A DNA stretch of 58,897 bases, counting the filler. It is 3 parts of 3 records of this genome, joined end to end, with 100 filler letters (N's around TTAATTAATTAA, not from the genome) between each part and the next. Parts side by side here need not be neighbours in the genome. Positions count along the whole stretch, not along the records: positions 20,116 to 45,685 come from DRR723986_1382; 2 more parts are not named here. One strand, written 5' to 3'. The translations under genes were made by a program, and so were the position numbers. Positions 30,631-39,033 of this stretch are shown here, piece after piece (position 1 is the first letter of the stretch; each line of letters begins with the position of its first letter). The notes under the pieces are model-generated. The model had not been told where the DNA came from. It was given only the letters and a program-made list of their open reading frames with translations, and did no database searches.

Positions 30631-32192
30631 CTGCCGATATCATCTGGCTCATCATTCTGGCCCTTTCCGTATTTGCCTGTATTCTTTCCGGCGTGCCGGT
30701 CCTGCTTGCAATCGCCGGCGCACCGACGATTGTCGCGCTGGTCGCCGCCGCCACCGGGCATTTTGACCTCGTGTTCTTCCAGGCTGTTCCCCAGCGCGTT
30801 TATGGCGTGATGACAAATCCGCTCCTGTTGGCGGTGCCGCTTTTCGTGCTGATGGGGTTGCTTCTTGAAAAGTCGCGCCAGGCAGAGCGGATGTTGCAGA
30901 GCCTGACGGCTGCAATGGGCGGGCAGCAGTCCGCTCTGGCGCTTTCTGTGGTTCTGGTGAGCGCACTCATTGCCGCCTCGACCGGTATCATCGGGGCAAC
31001 CATCGTCATGCTGGGCACGATCACACTCCCGGCTCTGTTGGCCGCGGGCGTGAACAAGCACATGAGCAGTGGCCTCATTTGCGCCAGCGGCACGCTCGGT
31101 CAGATCATTCCGCCGTCGATCGTTCTGATCCTCCTGGGAGATCAGGTGTCCAATGCCTACTTCGAAGCGCAGCAGGAAGCCGGCAACTTCGCGCCGGACC
31201 CGGTCACGGTGGGGGATCTCTTTGCCGGTGCGCTGATCCCGGGGCTGCTCCTCGTCGCGCTATATGCGGCATACGTCATGCTGCGACTGCGCCGGGCCTC
31301 TCCGAAAGGACAGGAAGCTAAGACCCCGACACCAAAGCCTCGCGTGTCAGGCCGGGAATTATTCCGGGATATCGCGCCCACGCTCGGGTTGATCATCGCC
31401 GTGCTCGGCAGCATCCTGATCGGCATTGCAACGCCAACGGAAGCCGCAAGTGTCGGTGTCGCAGGGGCTGTCCTGATCGCGGCTGCAGGAAGCGACGGCA
31501 AGGTGGCGCGTGTTGCCATGGCCTGCGCTGCCTTTGCTATTCTGCTGTTGATCCTGCGCAGGCTCGGTCTGTTCGGTCTGGAGTTTGAAGGAGGCCGAAT
31601 CAGCTGGACGACACTGACGATCGTCTCCGTCGTTATGACGGCCGCTGCCCTTGTCATGCTGGCCATCGCAGCAGCTTCTCTGATCCGGGGAGGAGTACTC
31701 GTGCCCGCGCTGCGGGAAACCGTCACCATCACCGGAATGATCTTCGGTATCGTGATTGCTGCCAGCATCCTGTCGCTCGTGTTCCGAGGGTTCAACGGTG
31801 ATGAACATGTGGCCGAGTTGCTGCACGCCTTGCCGGGCGGTGCTTATGGCATGTTGTTGCTGACAATGCTGGTGATCTTCCTGCTCGGATTCATTCTGGA
31901 ATTCGTGGAGATCATTTTCATTGTTGTTCCGATTGTCGGGCCGATTATCCTGCAAAGCGACATAAGCCCGGTCTGGTTTGCGGTCCTGATTGCGCTTAAC
32001 CTGCAAACTTCGTTCTTGACGCCGCCATTCGGTTTTGCGCTTTTCTATTTTCGATCGGTTGCACCGGCGGATATCCGCACTTCTGACATTTATGTTTCGG
32101 TGATCCCGTTTGTCGCCATCCAGCTTCTGGCGCTCGGTCTGGTCGCCGCCTTTCCGGCACTGGCAACCCTGTTGCCGGACGTCCTGTTTTGA
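30627..32192 (+). CDS. dctM: TRAP transporter large permease
   Basis: LLAVPLFVLMG, ASGTLGQIIPPS, TPTEAA, NLQTSFLTPPFG; ATG 30627 overlaps the dctQ stop (ATGA). Confidence 0.92.
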   Translation: MTADIIWLIILALSVFACILSGVPVLLAIAGAPTIVALVAAATGHFDLVFFQAVPQRVYGVMTNPLLLAVPLFVLMGLLLEKSRQAERMLQSLTAAMGGQQSALALSVVLVSALIAASTGIIGATIVMLGTITLPALLAAGVNKHMSSGLICASGTLGQIIPPSIVLILLGDQVSNAYFEAQQEAGNFAPDPVTVGDLFAGALIPGLLLVALYAAYVMLRLRRASPKGQEAKTPTPKPRVSGRELFRDIAPTLGLIIAVLGSILIGIATPTEAASVGVAGAVLIAAAGSDGKVARVAMACAAFAILLLILRRLGLFGLEFEGGRISWTTLTIVSVVMTAAALVMLAIAAASLIRGGVLVPALRETVTITGMIFGIVIAASILSLVFRGFNGDEHVAELLHALPGGAYGMLLLTMLVIFLLGFILEFVEIIFIVVPIVGPIILQSDISPVWFAVLIALNLQTSFLTPPFGFALFYFRSVAPADIRTSDIYVSVIPFVAIQLLALGLVAAFPALATLLPDVLF

Positions 32193-32212
32193 AAATCGAG
32201 GGAGACACAAGT

Positions 32213-33277
32213 ATGAAAAGACGTGATTTTCTGAAGGCTGGTGCCGTTGCCGCACCTGCCAGCCTGCTGGCAGCACCGGCAATTGCGCAAGGCAAGATCG
32301 AATGGAAGTTGCCGACTTCCTTTCCGGCGAAGGCGCCGGGTGTCGGCACCAACGTGACCGCCTTTGCCGACCGCGTGGCTGCAATGTCCGATGGACAGCT
32401 GACTTTCAAGGTCTATTCCAGTGGTGAGCTCGTACCGCCGTTCGGTGTTGAAGATGCCGTGGAGCAGGGCACTGCCGAGATCGGTCATTCGACGCCTTAC
32501 TATGCCGCGTCCAAGAACACCGCCATGCACTTCTTCTCTGCCGTTCCTTTCGGCATGACCGCGGTCGAAACAACTGCCTGGCTTCGCTATGGCGGCGGAC
32601 AGGACCTGTGGGACAGCCTTTATGAAGAACGCGGCCTCAAGCCGTTTTATTCCGGCAGTTCGGGCGTACAGGCGGCCGGCTGGTTCAAGAACCCGGTGGA
32701 AAGCCTCAACGATCTTGCCGGCCTCAACATGCGCATTGCCGGTCTGGGCGGCGAAGCCATGCGCAAGCTCGGCGTCAACGCTGTCCTGCTGCCGCCTCCG
32801 GAAATCTTCCCGGCCTTCCAGTCCGGCGCCATCGATGCGGCCGAGTGGGTTGGTCCCATGCTGGACCAGGCATTCGGCCTGCAGAAGGTCGCCAGCTACT
32901 GCTATGTTCCGGCCTTCCACGAGCCGTCAGCCGCGCTGGAAATCGTCGTCAACAAGGAAGCCTACGACAGCCTGCCGGCGAACCTTCAGGCAATCATCGC
33001 CTATGCTGCGGAAGCGGCTTCCGTCGAGACCACCGCACAGTTCGATTATTACAACGCGGTTGCCATGAAAAAACTGAAGGAAGACGGCGTTACCTTTGCC
33101 AACTTCCCGGATGATGTCCTGGCTGCGCTGAAGTCGGCGGTTGCGGAAGTGATGGCGGAAAACGCTGCCGCCAATCCGAAGTTTGCCGAAGTGCAGAAAA
33201 GCTATGACGCGTTCCTCGAGCTTGCCAAGGACTACGCGGCACTGGTGAAGGCAACCACTTTCACCCAGCGCATGTAA
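32213..33277 (+). CDS. dctP: TRAP substrate-binding protein with Tat signal (TakP-like)
   Basis: MKRRDFLK signal, MRIAGLGGE, IDAAEWVGP; GGGAGA RBS before ATG 32213. Confidence 0.9.
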   Translation: MKRRDFLKAGAVAAPASLLAAPAIAQGKIEWKLPTSFPAKAPGVGTNVTAFADRVAAMSDGQLTFKVYSSGELVPPFGVEDAVEQGTAEIGHSTPYYAASKNTAMHFFSAVPFGMTAVETTAWLRYGGGQDLWDSLYEERGLKPFYSGSSGVQAAGWFKNPVESLNDLAGLNMRIAGLGGEAMRKLGVNAVLLPPPEIFPAFQSGAIDAAEWVGPMLDQAFGLQKVASYCYVPAFHEPSAALEIVVNKEAYDSLPANLQAIIAYAAEAASVETTAQFDYYNAVAMKKLKEDGVTFANFPDDVLAALKSAVAEVMAENAAANPKFAEVQKSYDAFLELAKDYAALVKATTFTQRM

Positions 33278-33291
33278 GCAGAGTTGATCCT

Positions 33292-33313
33292 GCCGGTGGC
33301 ATGGGCCACCGGC
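33292..33313. terminator. Hairpin between convergent dctP and DMT genes
   Basis: GCCGGTGGC-ATGG-GCCACCGGC 9-bp stem; U tracts weak. Confidence 0.55.
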
Positions 33314-33319
33314 GGGGCT

Positions 33320-34201
33320 TCAGGTTTCCAGCTGCCGCTCGCGCAGGACGATGGCGATGCCGCTCGCGATGATGATCGCGGCACCGACATAGGTTGCTAT
33401 GTCGGGAATTTCCCCCCACAAGAGCCAGCCGAGCAGGGTCGCCCACAAGAGCGCGGTATAATCGAATGGCGCGACAACGGCTGCCGGGGCAAAGCGGAAG
33501 GCCTGTGTCATCAGGGTGATGCCGGCCGTGCCGAATAGTGCGATGCCAAGAAACAGCCAGATGTCCTCCGCGCGTGGCTGCACCCAGACAAAGGGCATCG
33601 CAAAGGCACTCATGATTGCGCCGGCCCCCACCAGGTAAAGCATCAGGGTCCAGACACTCTCGCGCGGGTCGACAAGGCGGGCGCTGAGCATGAGCGCGGC
33701 ATAGAAGAAAGCCGTTGCGATTGGGAGGAGCGATGCTGCCTGGAAAGTGCCTGAACCCGGACGGACAACCACCAGAACGCCCAGAAATCCCACGAGCACT
33801 GCCGTCCACCGACGCCAGCCCACTTGCTCTCGCAAGACCAGGGCGGAAAGCGCTGTCACAAAAACAGGCATGACAAAAATCAGCGCTGTTGCTTCGGCGA
33901 GGCCAAGAAGGCTCAGCCCGGTGAAAAACAGCGTGGCGGCGCAGAGCCACAACACTCCGCGCAGAAGATGGGCTGCCGGGCGGTGCGAGATCAAGGCAGA
34001 TCTTCCACCCATTTTCAGTGCGATCAGAACCGCAATCGGAAGCGCGATCAAATTGCGCAGAAACAGGATCTGGATGGGGCTGTAATCAGCCGTCAGTGTT
34101 TTGGCAATGGCGTCGTTGAGGCATAGGCACACGACACCTGCACACATCATTCCGATTCCGGTGGTCACCTGATTGCGACCGCCGGTCATGGCCGTTTCCA
34201 T
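33320..34201 (-). CDS. DMT/EamA family transporter
   Basis: About 10 TM segments, LREQVGWRRWTAVLVGFLGVLVVVRPG, VAPFDYTAL; GGAGA supports ATG 34201. Confidence 0.9.
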   Translation of the reverse strand: METAMTGGRNQVTTGIGMMCAGVVCLCLNDAIAKTLTADYSPIQILFLRNLIALPIAVLIALKMGGRSALISHRPAAHLLRGVLWLCAATLFFTGLSLLGLAEATALIFVMPVFVTALSALVLREQVGWRRWTAVLVGFLGVLVVVRPGSGTFQAASLLPIATAFFYAALMLSARLVDPRESVWTLMLYLVGAGAIMSAFAMPFVWVQPRAEDIWLFLGIALFGTAGITLMTQAFRFAPAAVVAPFDYTALLWATLLGWLLWGEIPDIATYVGAAIIIASGIAIVLRERQLET

Positions 34202-34423
34202 TCCCGTGTCTCCCTGGTTTTGGCGCAGTGAAGCATCGGGGCAGGCAGGGCGGCAAGGCACGATTTCACGAAATCAGGCCTGTCCGGACACCAGGAGAAA
34301 CTGGAATACGGAAATTGCTGATGCCGCTACGTAATTCGTTTCGGGGCGATAGTGTTTTGCGGTAAGGTGCAATCATCGATTGTTTTCGACGTTCCCAGGT
34401 CCACTGTCCGGAAGCCCCGTCCC

Positions 34424-35254
34424 ATGGCATTGACGTCTCCCTATTTCCGCAACGTGCCGCAGCTCACCGCAGCGTCCACCAACAGCCCTTGGCTCGGCAG
34501 CGGGTCAAGCGGTCATGGAGTGCATCTGGTTCAGTTCGGGTTGATTGACCTGGGGTTTCCCATGCCAAAATCCGTTGGTGGAACGGGGCTCAGTCCGGAT
34601 GGGGTCTACGGCAGTGAAACCGTGCAAAAGGTCAAGGAGTTCCAGCGTTCAACGCATGGCGGAGCCCCGATCAAGGACGACGGCGCCGTCGGACGAAATA
34701 CCATGGCCAAGCTGGACCGGGCGCTCGCGTCCTTCACTCACAAGGTTCGTGTGCACATCTTTGTCGTGGTGACGCCGGATGCTCCGGTGGCAACTGCGGA
34801 AACGACAGCGAAGGAACTTTACGGACATTACGGTATCGACTTCGAGGTTGCTTCCATCCAGTCGCTGGCATTGACCGCTGCCGAGGAGACGGAGTTTTCG
34901 CAGCATGGCCTCTTGTTTGCCCGGATGAAGGAACTTGCCGAGGCGCATACGTCCGTCAGGATCCGTCCGAATGAAATCATGGTGTTCTATATCCGTCGCT
35001 TCAATCCCGACACGGATCTGGCCCTGTCCAAGGCCAACCACACGGGTGCTGTTACCCGAATCAAGAAGAACGCGGATGCCAGCACACTTGCCCATGAGGT
35101 CGCCCATAATCTGATCGACAGTCCACGGGGTGTGAGCGAGCATGTGGCGCACAAGCAGAACATCCTGGCGACGCTGCCCCGGACCACGCCCTTTGTGCTG
35201 AGTTTCGAACAGATTCAGCAGATGCGGCGCAACATTCGGCTGTTGCGGGCGTGA
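34424..35254 (+). CDS. Peptidoglycan-binding domain fused to a putative HEXXH zinc-peptidase-like domain
   Basis: GSSGHGVHLVQFGLIDLGF...DGVYGSET...FQ...DGAVGRNT (PG_binding_1 pattern); TLAHEVAH at 35093-35107. Confidence 0.7.
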   Translation: MALTSPYFRNVPQLTAASTNSPWLGSGSSGHGVHLVQFGLIDLGFPMPKSVGGTGLSPDGVYGSETVQKVKEFQRSTHGGAPIKDDGAVGRNTMAKLDRALASFTHKVRVHIFVVVTPDAPVATAETTAKELYGHYGIDFEVASIQSLALTAAEETEFSQHGLLFARMKELAEAHTSVRIRPNEIMVFYIRRFNPDTDLALSKANHTGAVTRIKKNADASTLAHEVAHNLIDSPRGVSEHVAHKQNILATLPRTTPFVLSFEQIQQMRRNIRLLRA

Positions 35255-35352
35255 TGCCGGAAAATTGCAGACCAAGGTCATCTGGTCAGCATCGTTAGCG
35301 GAGGCTAGCATCCGGCAGTTCAAACTGATCCATCTTTGACAGAGAGACCCGC

Positions 35353-35706
35353 ATGCACGCCTTCCTGCCGTTCAATCTAGACGACATCGTTCCCGAACAA
35401 GATGCGCCAGCACCGGAAAAGGTCATTGCGGGCGATCCTAAGTTTAACACCTGGTTGGTTGAGACGACGGATAACGAGACGCTGTTCTCGGGCGTATGGG
35501 AAGCAACTCCGGGGGCCTGGAAAATCTCTTATGACGAGTGGGAGTTCTGTTCGATCCTTTCCGGCAGGTCAGTGCTGACCGACAAGGACGGCGTCACCCG
35601 GGAAATTGGCCCCGGAGACAGCTTTGTCCTGCAGCCCGGTTTCTCCGGAACCTGGGAAGTCCTTGAAACCACTCGCAAGCTTTTTGTGATCCGCCTGCCG
35701 TCTTGA
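35353..35706 (+). CDS. Cupin domain protein (DUF861/Cupin_3)
   Basis: SGVWEATPG...YDEWEFCSILSG...GDSFVLQPGFSGTWEV. Confidence 0.88.
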   Translation: MHAFLPFNLDDIVPEQDAPAPEKVIAGDPKFNTWLVETTDNETLFSGVWEATPGAWKISYDEWEFCSILSGRSVLTDKDGVTREIGPGDSFVLQPGFSGTWEVLETTRKLFVIRLPS

Positions 35707-35773
35707 CGATGGGGCATTCCAGGAGCTGAGCAACGTGACTTTTCAGGATTAGCTGCGAACGCATATGAGCACG

Positions 35774-35809
35774 TACCCTGACCTTTTGGAGTTCGTTAAG
35801 GTCAGGGTA
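35774..35809. repeat. Perfect 12-bp inverted repeat, REP-like extragenic palindrome
   Basis: TACCCTGACCTT-N12-AAGGTCAGGGTA; single copy seen in this window. Confidence 0.55.
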
Positions 35810-35891
35810 GATTGCAGCGCTATTTGTTTGGGGTACCTCAACAGCATCGTGCTGCTCGCAACCTGATGAGGCTTTTGAGGCAGCTGAAGAG

Positions 35892-35925
35892 AAACCGGGA
35901 ACGGTGTTACCCGGTTTGCTTTTTT
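35892..35925. terminator. Hairpin just downstream of the SPFH-DUF697-microprotein operon
   Basis: AAACCGGG-N10-CCCGGTTT with a T tract on the + strand, between convergent units. Confidence 0.55.
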
Positions 35926-35933
35926 CGGTCAGA

Positions 35934-36110
35934 TTACTTCTGCGACTGAAAACCGGCAGGTTCTGTCAGCAAAAGGATGACGAACACCAGAACCGGTGTC
36001 AGCACCACGCTTGCCAGGAAGCAGCCGAACGAACCAAGCCGTGTGTCCCGACCGCGGTAACCGACCAGGACACACAAGAGCAGATAGATGACCAGTGGCG
36101 CGACAAACAT
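35934..36110 (-). CDS. 58-aa two-TM membrane microprotein (absent from ORF track)
   Basis: Hand translation MFVAPLVIYLLLCVLVGYRGRDTRLGSFGCFLASVVLTPVLVFVILLLTEPAGFQSQK*; ATG overlaps the DUF697 stop (TGATG). Confidence 0.8.
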   Translation of the reverse strand: MFVAPLVIYLLLCVLVGYRGRDTRLGSFGCFLASVVLTPVLVFVILLLTEPAGFQSQK

Positions 36111-36688
36111 CAGGCGGCTTCCGACTTCTCTTCCGCGATGTCTTCGCCCTTCTTCACCATCTTCTTGAAATGCTCCTTGTAGGCAGCTGCGTCGAAACTC
36201 AGGAAATCTCCACCCGTTTCAAAATGTTGCTGGAACACCTTGCCGACGGCAAAGGTGAAGGCACCAAGCGTAGCGCCTGATCCGACGATACCGAGTGCAG
36301 TGCCGAGCACGGGAATGGTTTTCATGAAGCTGGTGGCGATAAAGGTTCCCGCACCGACACCGCCGAGACTTCCCAGAAGCGTGGTTACTGCAGTTCTTGC
36401 GCGATTTTCCGAGAATGGCACGTCATAGACGGCTGCCAGCTTGCGGATGAGGTTGAGCTGCGTTCCGATTGCGGCGACGAGATCGAAGATCGGAACTGGA
36501 ATGAGGCCGGTACCTGTACCGACGATGACATGGTCCCGAATGATCTTTTCGGCTGCCAGCGTGCGTTCTTCCGGGGTCAGCGGAGCACTTTCGGTCTGAG
36601 CCTTGCCGTCTGCCAGCTTTTCAGCTGCATCAACAGTGTCCTCAGCTTCTGATTTTGCGGAACTTGTGCGAGTGGACTTCGTTGTCAT
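36110..36688 (-). CDS. DUF697 (YcjF-like) domain protein
   Basis: GLIPVPIFDLVA...QLNLIRKLAAVYDVPFS...KTIPVLG...TFAVGKVFQQHFETGG; GAAGGAA RBS. Confidence 0.82.
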   Translation of the reverse strand: MTTKSTRTSSAKSEAEDTVDAAEKLADGKAQTESAPLTPEERTLAAEKIIRDHVIVGTGTGLIPVPIFDLVAAIGTQLNLIRKLAAVYDVPFSENRARTAVTTLLGSLGGVGAGTFIATSFMKTIPVLGTALGIVGSGATLGAFTFAVGKVFQQHFETGGDFLSFDAAAYKEHFKKMVKKGEDIAEEKSEAA

Positions 36689-36788
36689 TTCACAGTTTCC
36701 TTCCTTCAGCGTCGCAGCTCCCCGCTGCTTACTCTACGTGAGCGTAGCTTGAGTGCGGTCCGATTTCAATCTTACAATCAGCGCGGTA

Positions 36789-37919
36789 TCAATTGTCAGT
36801 TTGCGGCTTTTCCGTGTTTTGATCATTCGAAGCAGGCGCGGTCTCACCTGACGTCGTGCTTTCGCTTGATGTACTGTCGCCGGTCGAATTTTCGTCAGGC
36901 CTCAGCTGTGTCTCCTGATCCTGAGATGTATCTGCCTCTGCTGTAGGAGCGTTCGGGAAAAGCTGCGGCAGGTTATCAAAATCAGGCAGTCGGTAGCGCT
37001 GCGGATTAACCGGAGCGGGCGCTGGTAAATTCGGCTGGTTTGCAATGTCGCTGCCCAGGATGAGCGGAAGCTGATCTTTCCCGCCACCGACGATCACGAT
37101 CTTGCTGTTGTTGGACTTGGACAGTTCGACGGTCGCTTCAATTCCGCGCCAGGTCAGCAGTTGCGGCGTCAGGGCATCTGCAACAATCGAGTAGAATGTC
37201 TGGTAGCCGATGGCGTCGATCCGCTTGCGTTCCGCTTCCTTGCGGGCCTGTTCCAGCACGTATTCATAGGCGAGGGCGTTCTGTTCCTCGGTCAGCTTAC
37301 GTGAAATCGCCTGATTGATTTCCTTCGGCAGCTTGATCCGCCGGATGATAACCTGGTCGAAGACGATGAGATCCTGATTGTTGGCTTCAATGGTCTCCAT
37401 GACTTCCTTTTCGAGGCGCGTCATGTCGACCTGATAAAGCTCATGAGGGTCGTATTTGCCTATCACCGAGCGAACCGCTTCCACGGCGGTCGGGCGGACG
37501 AAACGGTCGGCGTATTCCGGCCCGATCGCCCGATGCAGTTTGCCGGCATTATCCGCCTTCGGGTAATACAGAACCGAAATATCGGATGTGATGCGCAAGC
37601 CGTCCGCTGCCAGGCCGTGGACCGTTTCATCCTGTTTCTGGATGCGGACTTCGTACCGGTAGATGCGGTTCCACGGCCATTTGATGTTGATACCTTCGGG
37701 ATAAACAAACCTGGTTTCGGTGCCGACGGTGAGGGTTCTGAACAGGACGCCGACTTCACCCGGCCCGATGACAAAGAACGTCAGAGGCCACAAGACAATC
37801 GAGACGAAACCAAGCAGCAGCAGATAGGCGATGGCCTTGTCGGTCCGGCTCATCCTGTGGATCTTGCGCGGCTTCTTTTTCGGCTTACCAACTTCGACGT
37901 CGTCTTCCGCAACGCTCAT
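36789..37919 (-). CDS. Prohibitin/SPFH (band 7) membrane protein with low-complexity C-tail
   Basis: N-terminal TM, IGPGEVGVLF...EGINIKWPWN, VRSVIGKY, coiled-coil EAERKRIDAIG, WRGIEATVELSKSNNSKIVIVG. Confidence 0.88.
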   Translation of the reverse strand: MSVAEDDVEVGKPKKKPRKIHRMSRTDKAIAYLLLLGFVSIVLWPLTFFVIGPGEVGVLFRTLTVGTETRFVYPEGINIKWPWNRIYRYEVRIQKQDETVHGLAADGLRITSDISVLYYPKADNAGKLHRAIGPEYADRFVRPTAVEAVRSVIGKYDPHELYQVDMTRLEKEVMETIEANNQDLIVFDQVIIRRIKLPKEINQAISRKLTEEQNALAYEYVLEQARKEAERKRIDAIGYQTFYSIVADALTPQLLTWRGIEATVELSKSNNSKIVIVGGGKDQLPLILGSDIANQPNLPAPAPVNPQRYRLPDFDNLPQLFPNAPTAEADTSQDQETQLRPDENSTGDSTSSESTTSGETAPASNDQNTEKPQTDN

Positions 37920-38200
37920 TCAGCGCTCCCAGGAATTGAAACGGCTCCGCAGCTCGTTAAAGTGACCTAGCGGCCAAGAAACGCATAAAAACAAGAACTC
38001 TCAATGCTTTCCGAGCAGTCTTGTCTGCGTCAATTGCAGCACAGTTGCAAGAAAACAACTCTGTGGCAAGCGTGTTTCTTGAGCTAGGCAAGAGCCAAAG
38101 AATTTGCTTAAGTTGTGTTGTGTAGCGTTGCGTCACTACAACGTATGGTTAATTTCACGGTTTGTGAAACCAAGATCGAAACAGACTATGGGAGTGGTGA

Positions 38201-38872
38201 GTGTCAGCCAGCACAGAGTCATTCAGTTTCGATCGCAAGGACCTTAGCCGGTTCCTTTTCGACCTTTACGATTATGAGCCAAGGCTCTTGCGCAAGCTGA
38301 TCTCCGCCAGGCCCTACGTTTGCCCATTCGAAGAGATGGAGCGGCATGTTCCAGCAAATGCAAAGGTTCTGGATGTAGGCTGCGGCAATGGCGCGTTGCT
38401 GGCGATTCTGCTGGCATCCGGAAGGATAAGCGAAGCAACCGGCTGCGATGTACACGAAGGCGCTCTTGCCTCGGCCCGCAAGGCAGCGGGGAGAACGGGG
38501 CACTCAGCGGAAGTATCCTTCCTGCGAATTGGCAGCTTCGCGGAGCTGCCGGACGACTGCTTCGATGTGGTGACCATGGTCGACGTGCTGCACCATGTTG
38601 CCGAACCTGAACGGATGACGGCTGTTGAAGAGGCGATCAAACGGGTCGGTCCCGCAGGAGTGTTTCTTTTCAAGGATATGGTCGAAGCACCTTTCTGGCG
38701 CCGCCTGGCCCACAATATCGATGACCTGATTTTTTCCGGTGAATGGGTGAAGCAGGTGAAAACCGCAGAAGTTGAGAAGCAGGTAAGGGCTGCGGGCTTT
38801 GAACTGGTCGAGAGTCTCGAAATACCAAGGGTCTTTTACGGCAACACCCTGAGGGTTTTTCGAAAAATTTAG
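38201..38872 (+). CDS. Class I SAM-dependent methyltransferase
   Basis: VLDVGCGNG motif I, FDVVTMVDVLHHV; GTG start after GGGAG. Confidence 0.88.
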   Translation: MSASTESFSFDRKDLSRFLFDLYDYEPRLLRKLISARPYVCPFEEMERHVPANAKVLDVGCGNGALLAILLASGRISEATGCDVHEGALASARKAAGRTGHSAEVSFLRIGSFAELPDDCFDVVTMVDVLHHVAEPERMTAVEEAIKRVGPAGVFLFKDMVEAPFWRRLAHNIDDLIFSGEWVKQVKTAEVEKQVRAAGFELVESLEIPRVFYGNTLRVFRKI

Positions 38873-39033
38873 TAAACGTCGAAAAGAGATATGTTGAACG
38901 ACGAATGTGAATAAAAATTAACTTATCTTCTGCGAAAAATTCGTGAATTGTTTTTTATTGCCGTTAGGTCATGAGAATGAAAAGTGAGTAGGTAGCGAAT
39001 TTAAACGATCGATTACTTTGCTTAAAGCCGGTC

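Noticed and set aside
38121..38140. TGTAG-N10-CTACA dyad in the divergent promoter region
   Set aside because: Five-bp arms are too short to assign, and no cognate regulator is on the contig.
38971..38990. Fur-box-like ATGAGAATGAAAAGTGA upstream of the monooxygenase, hinting at a siderophore
   Set aside because: Only a half-site resemblance in AT-rich DNA, and no iron-uptake genes are visible.
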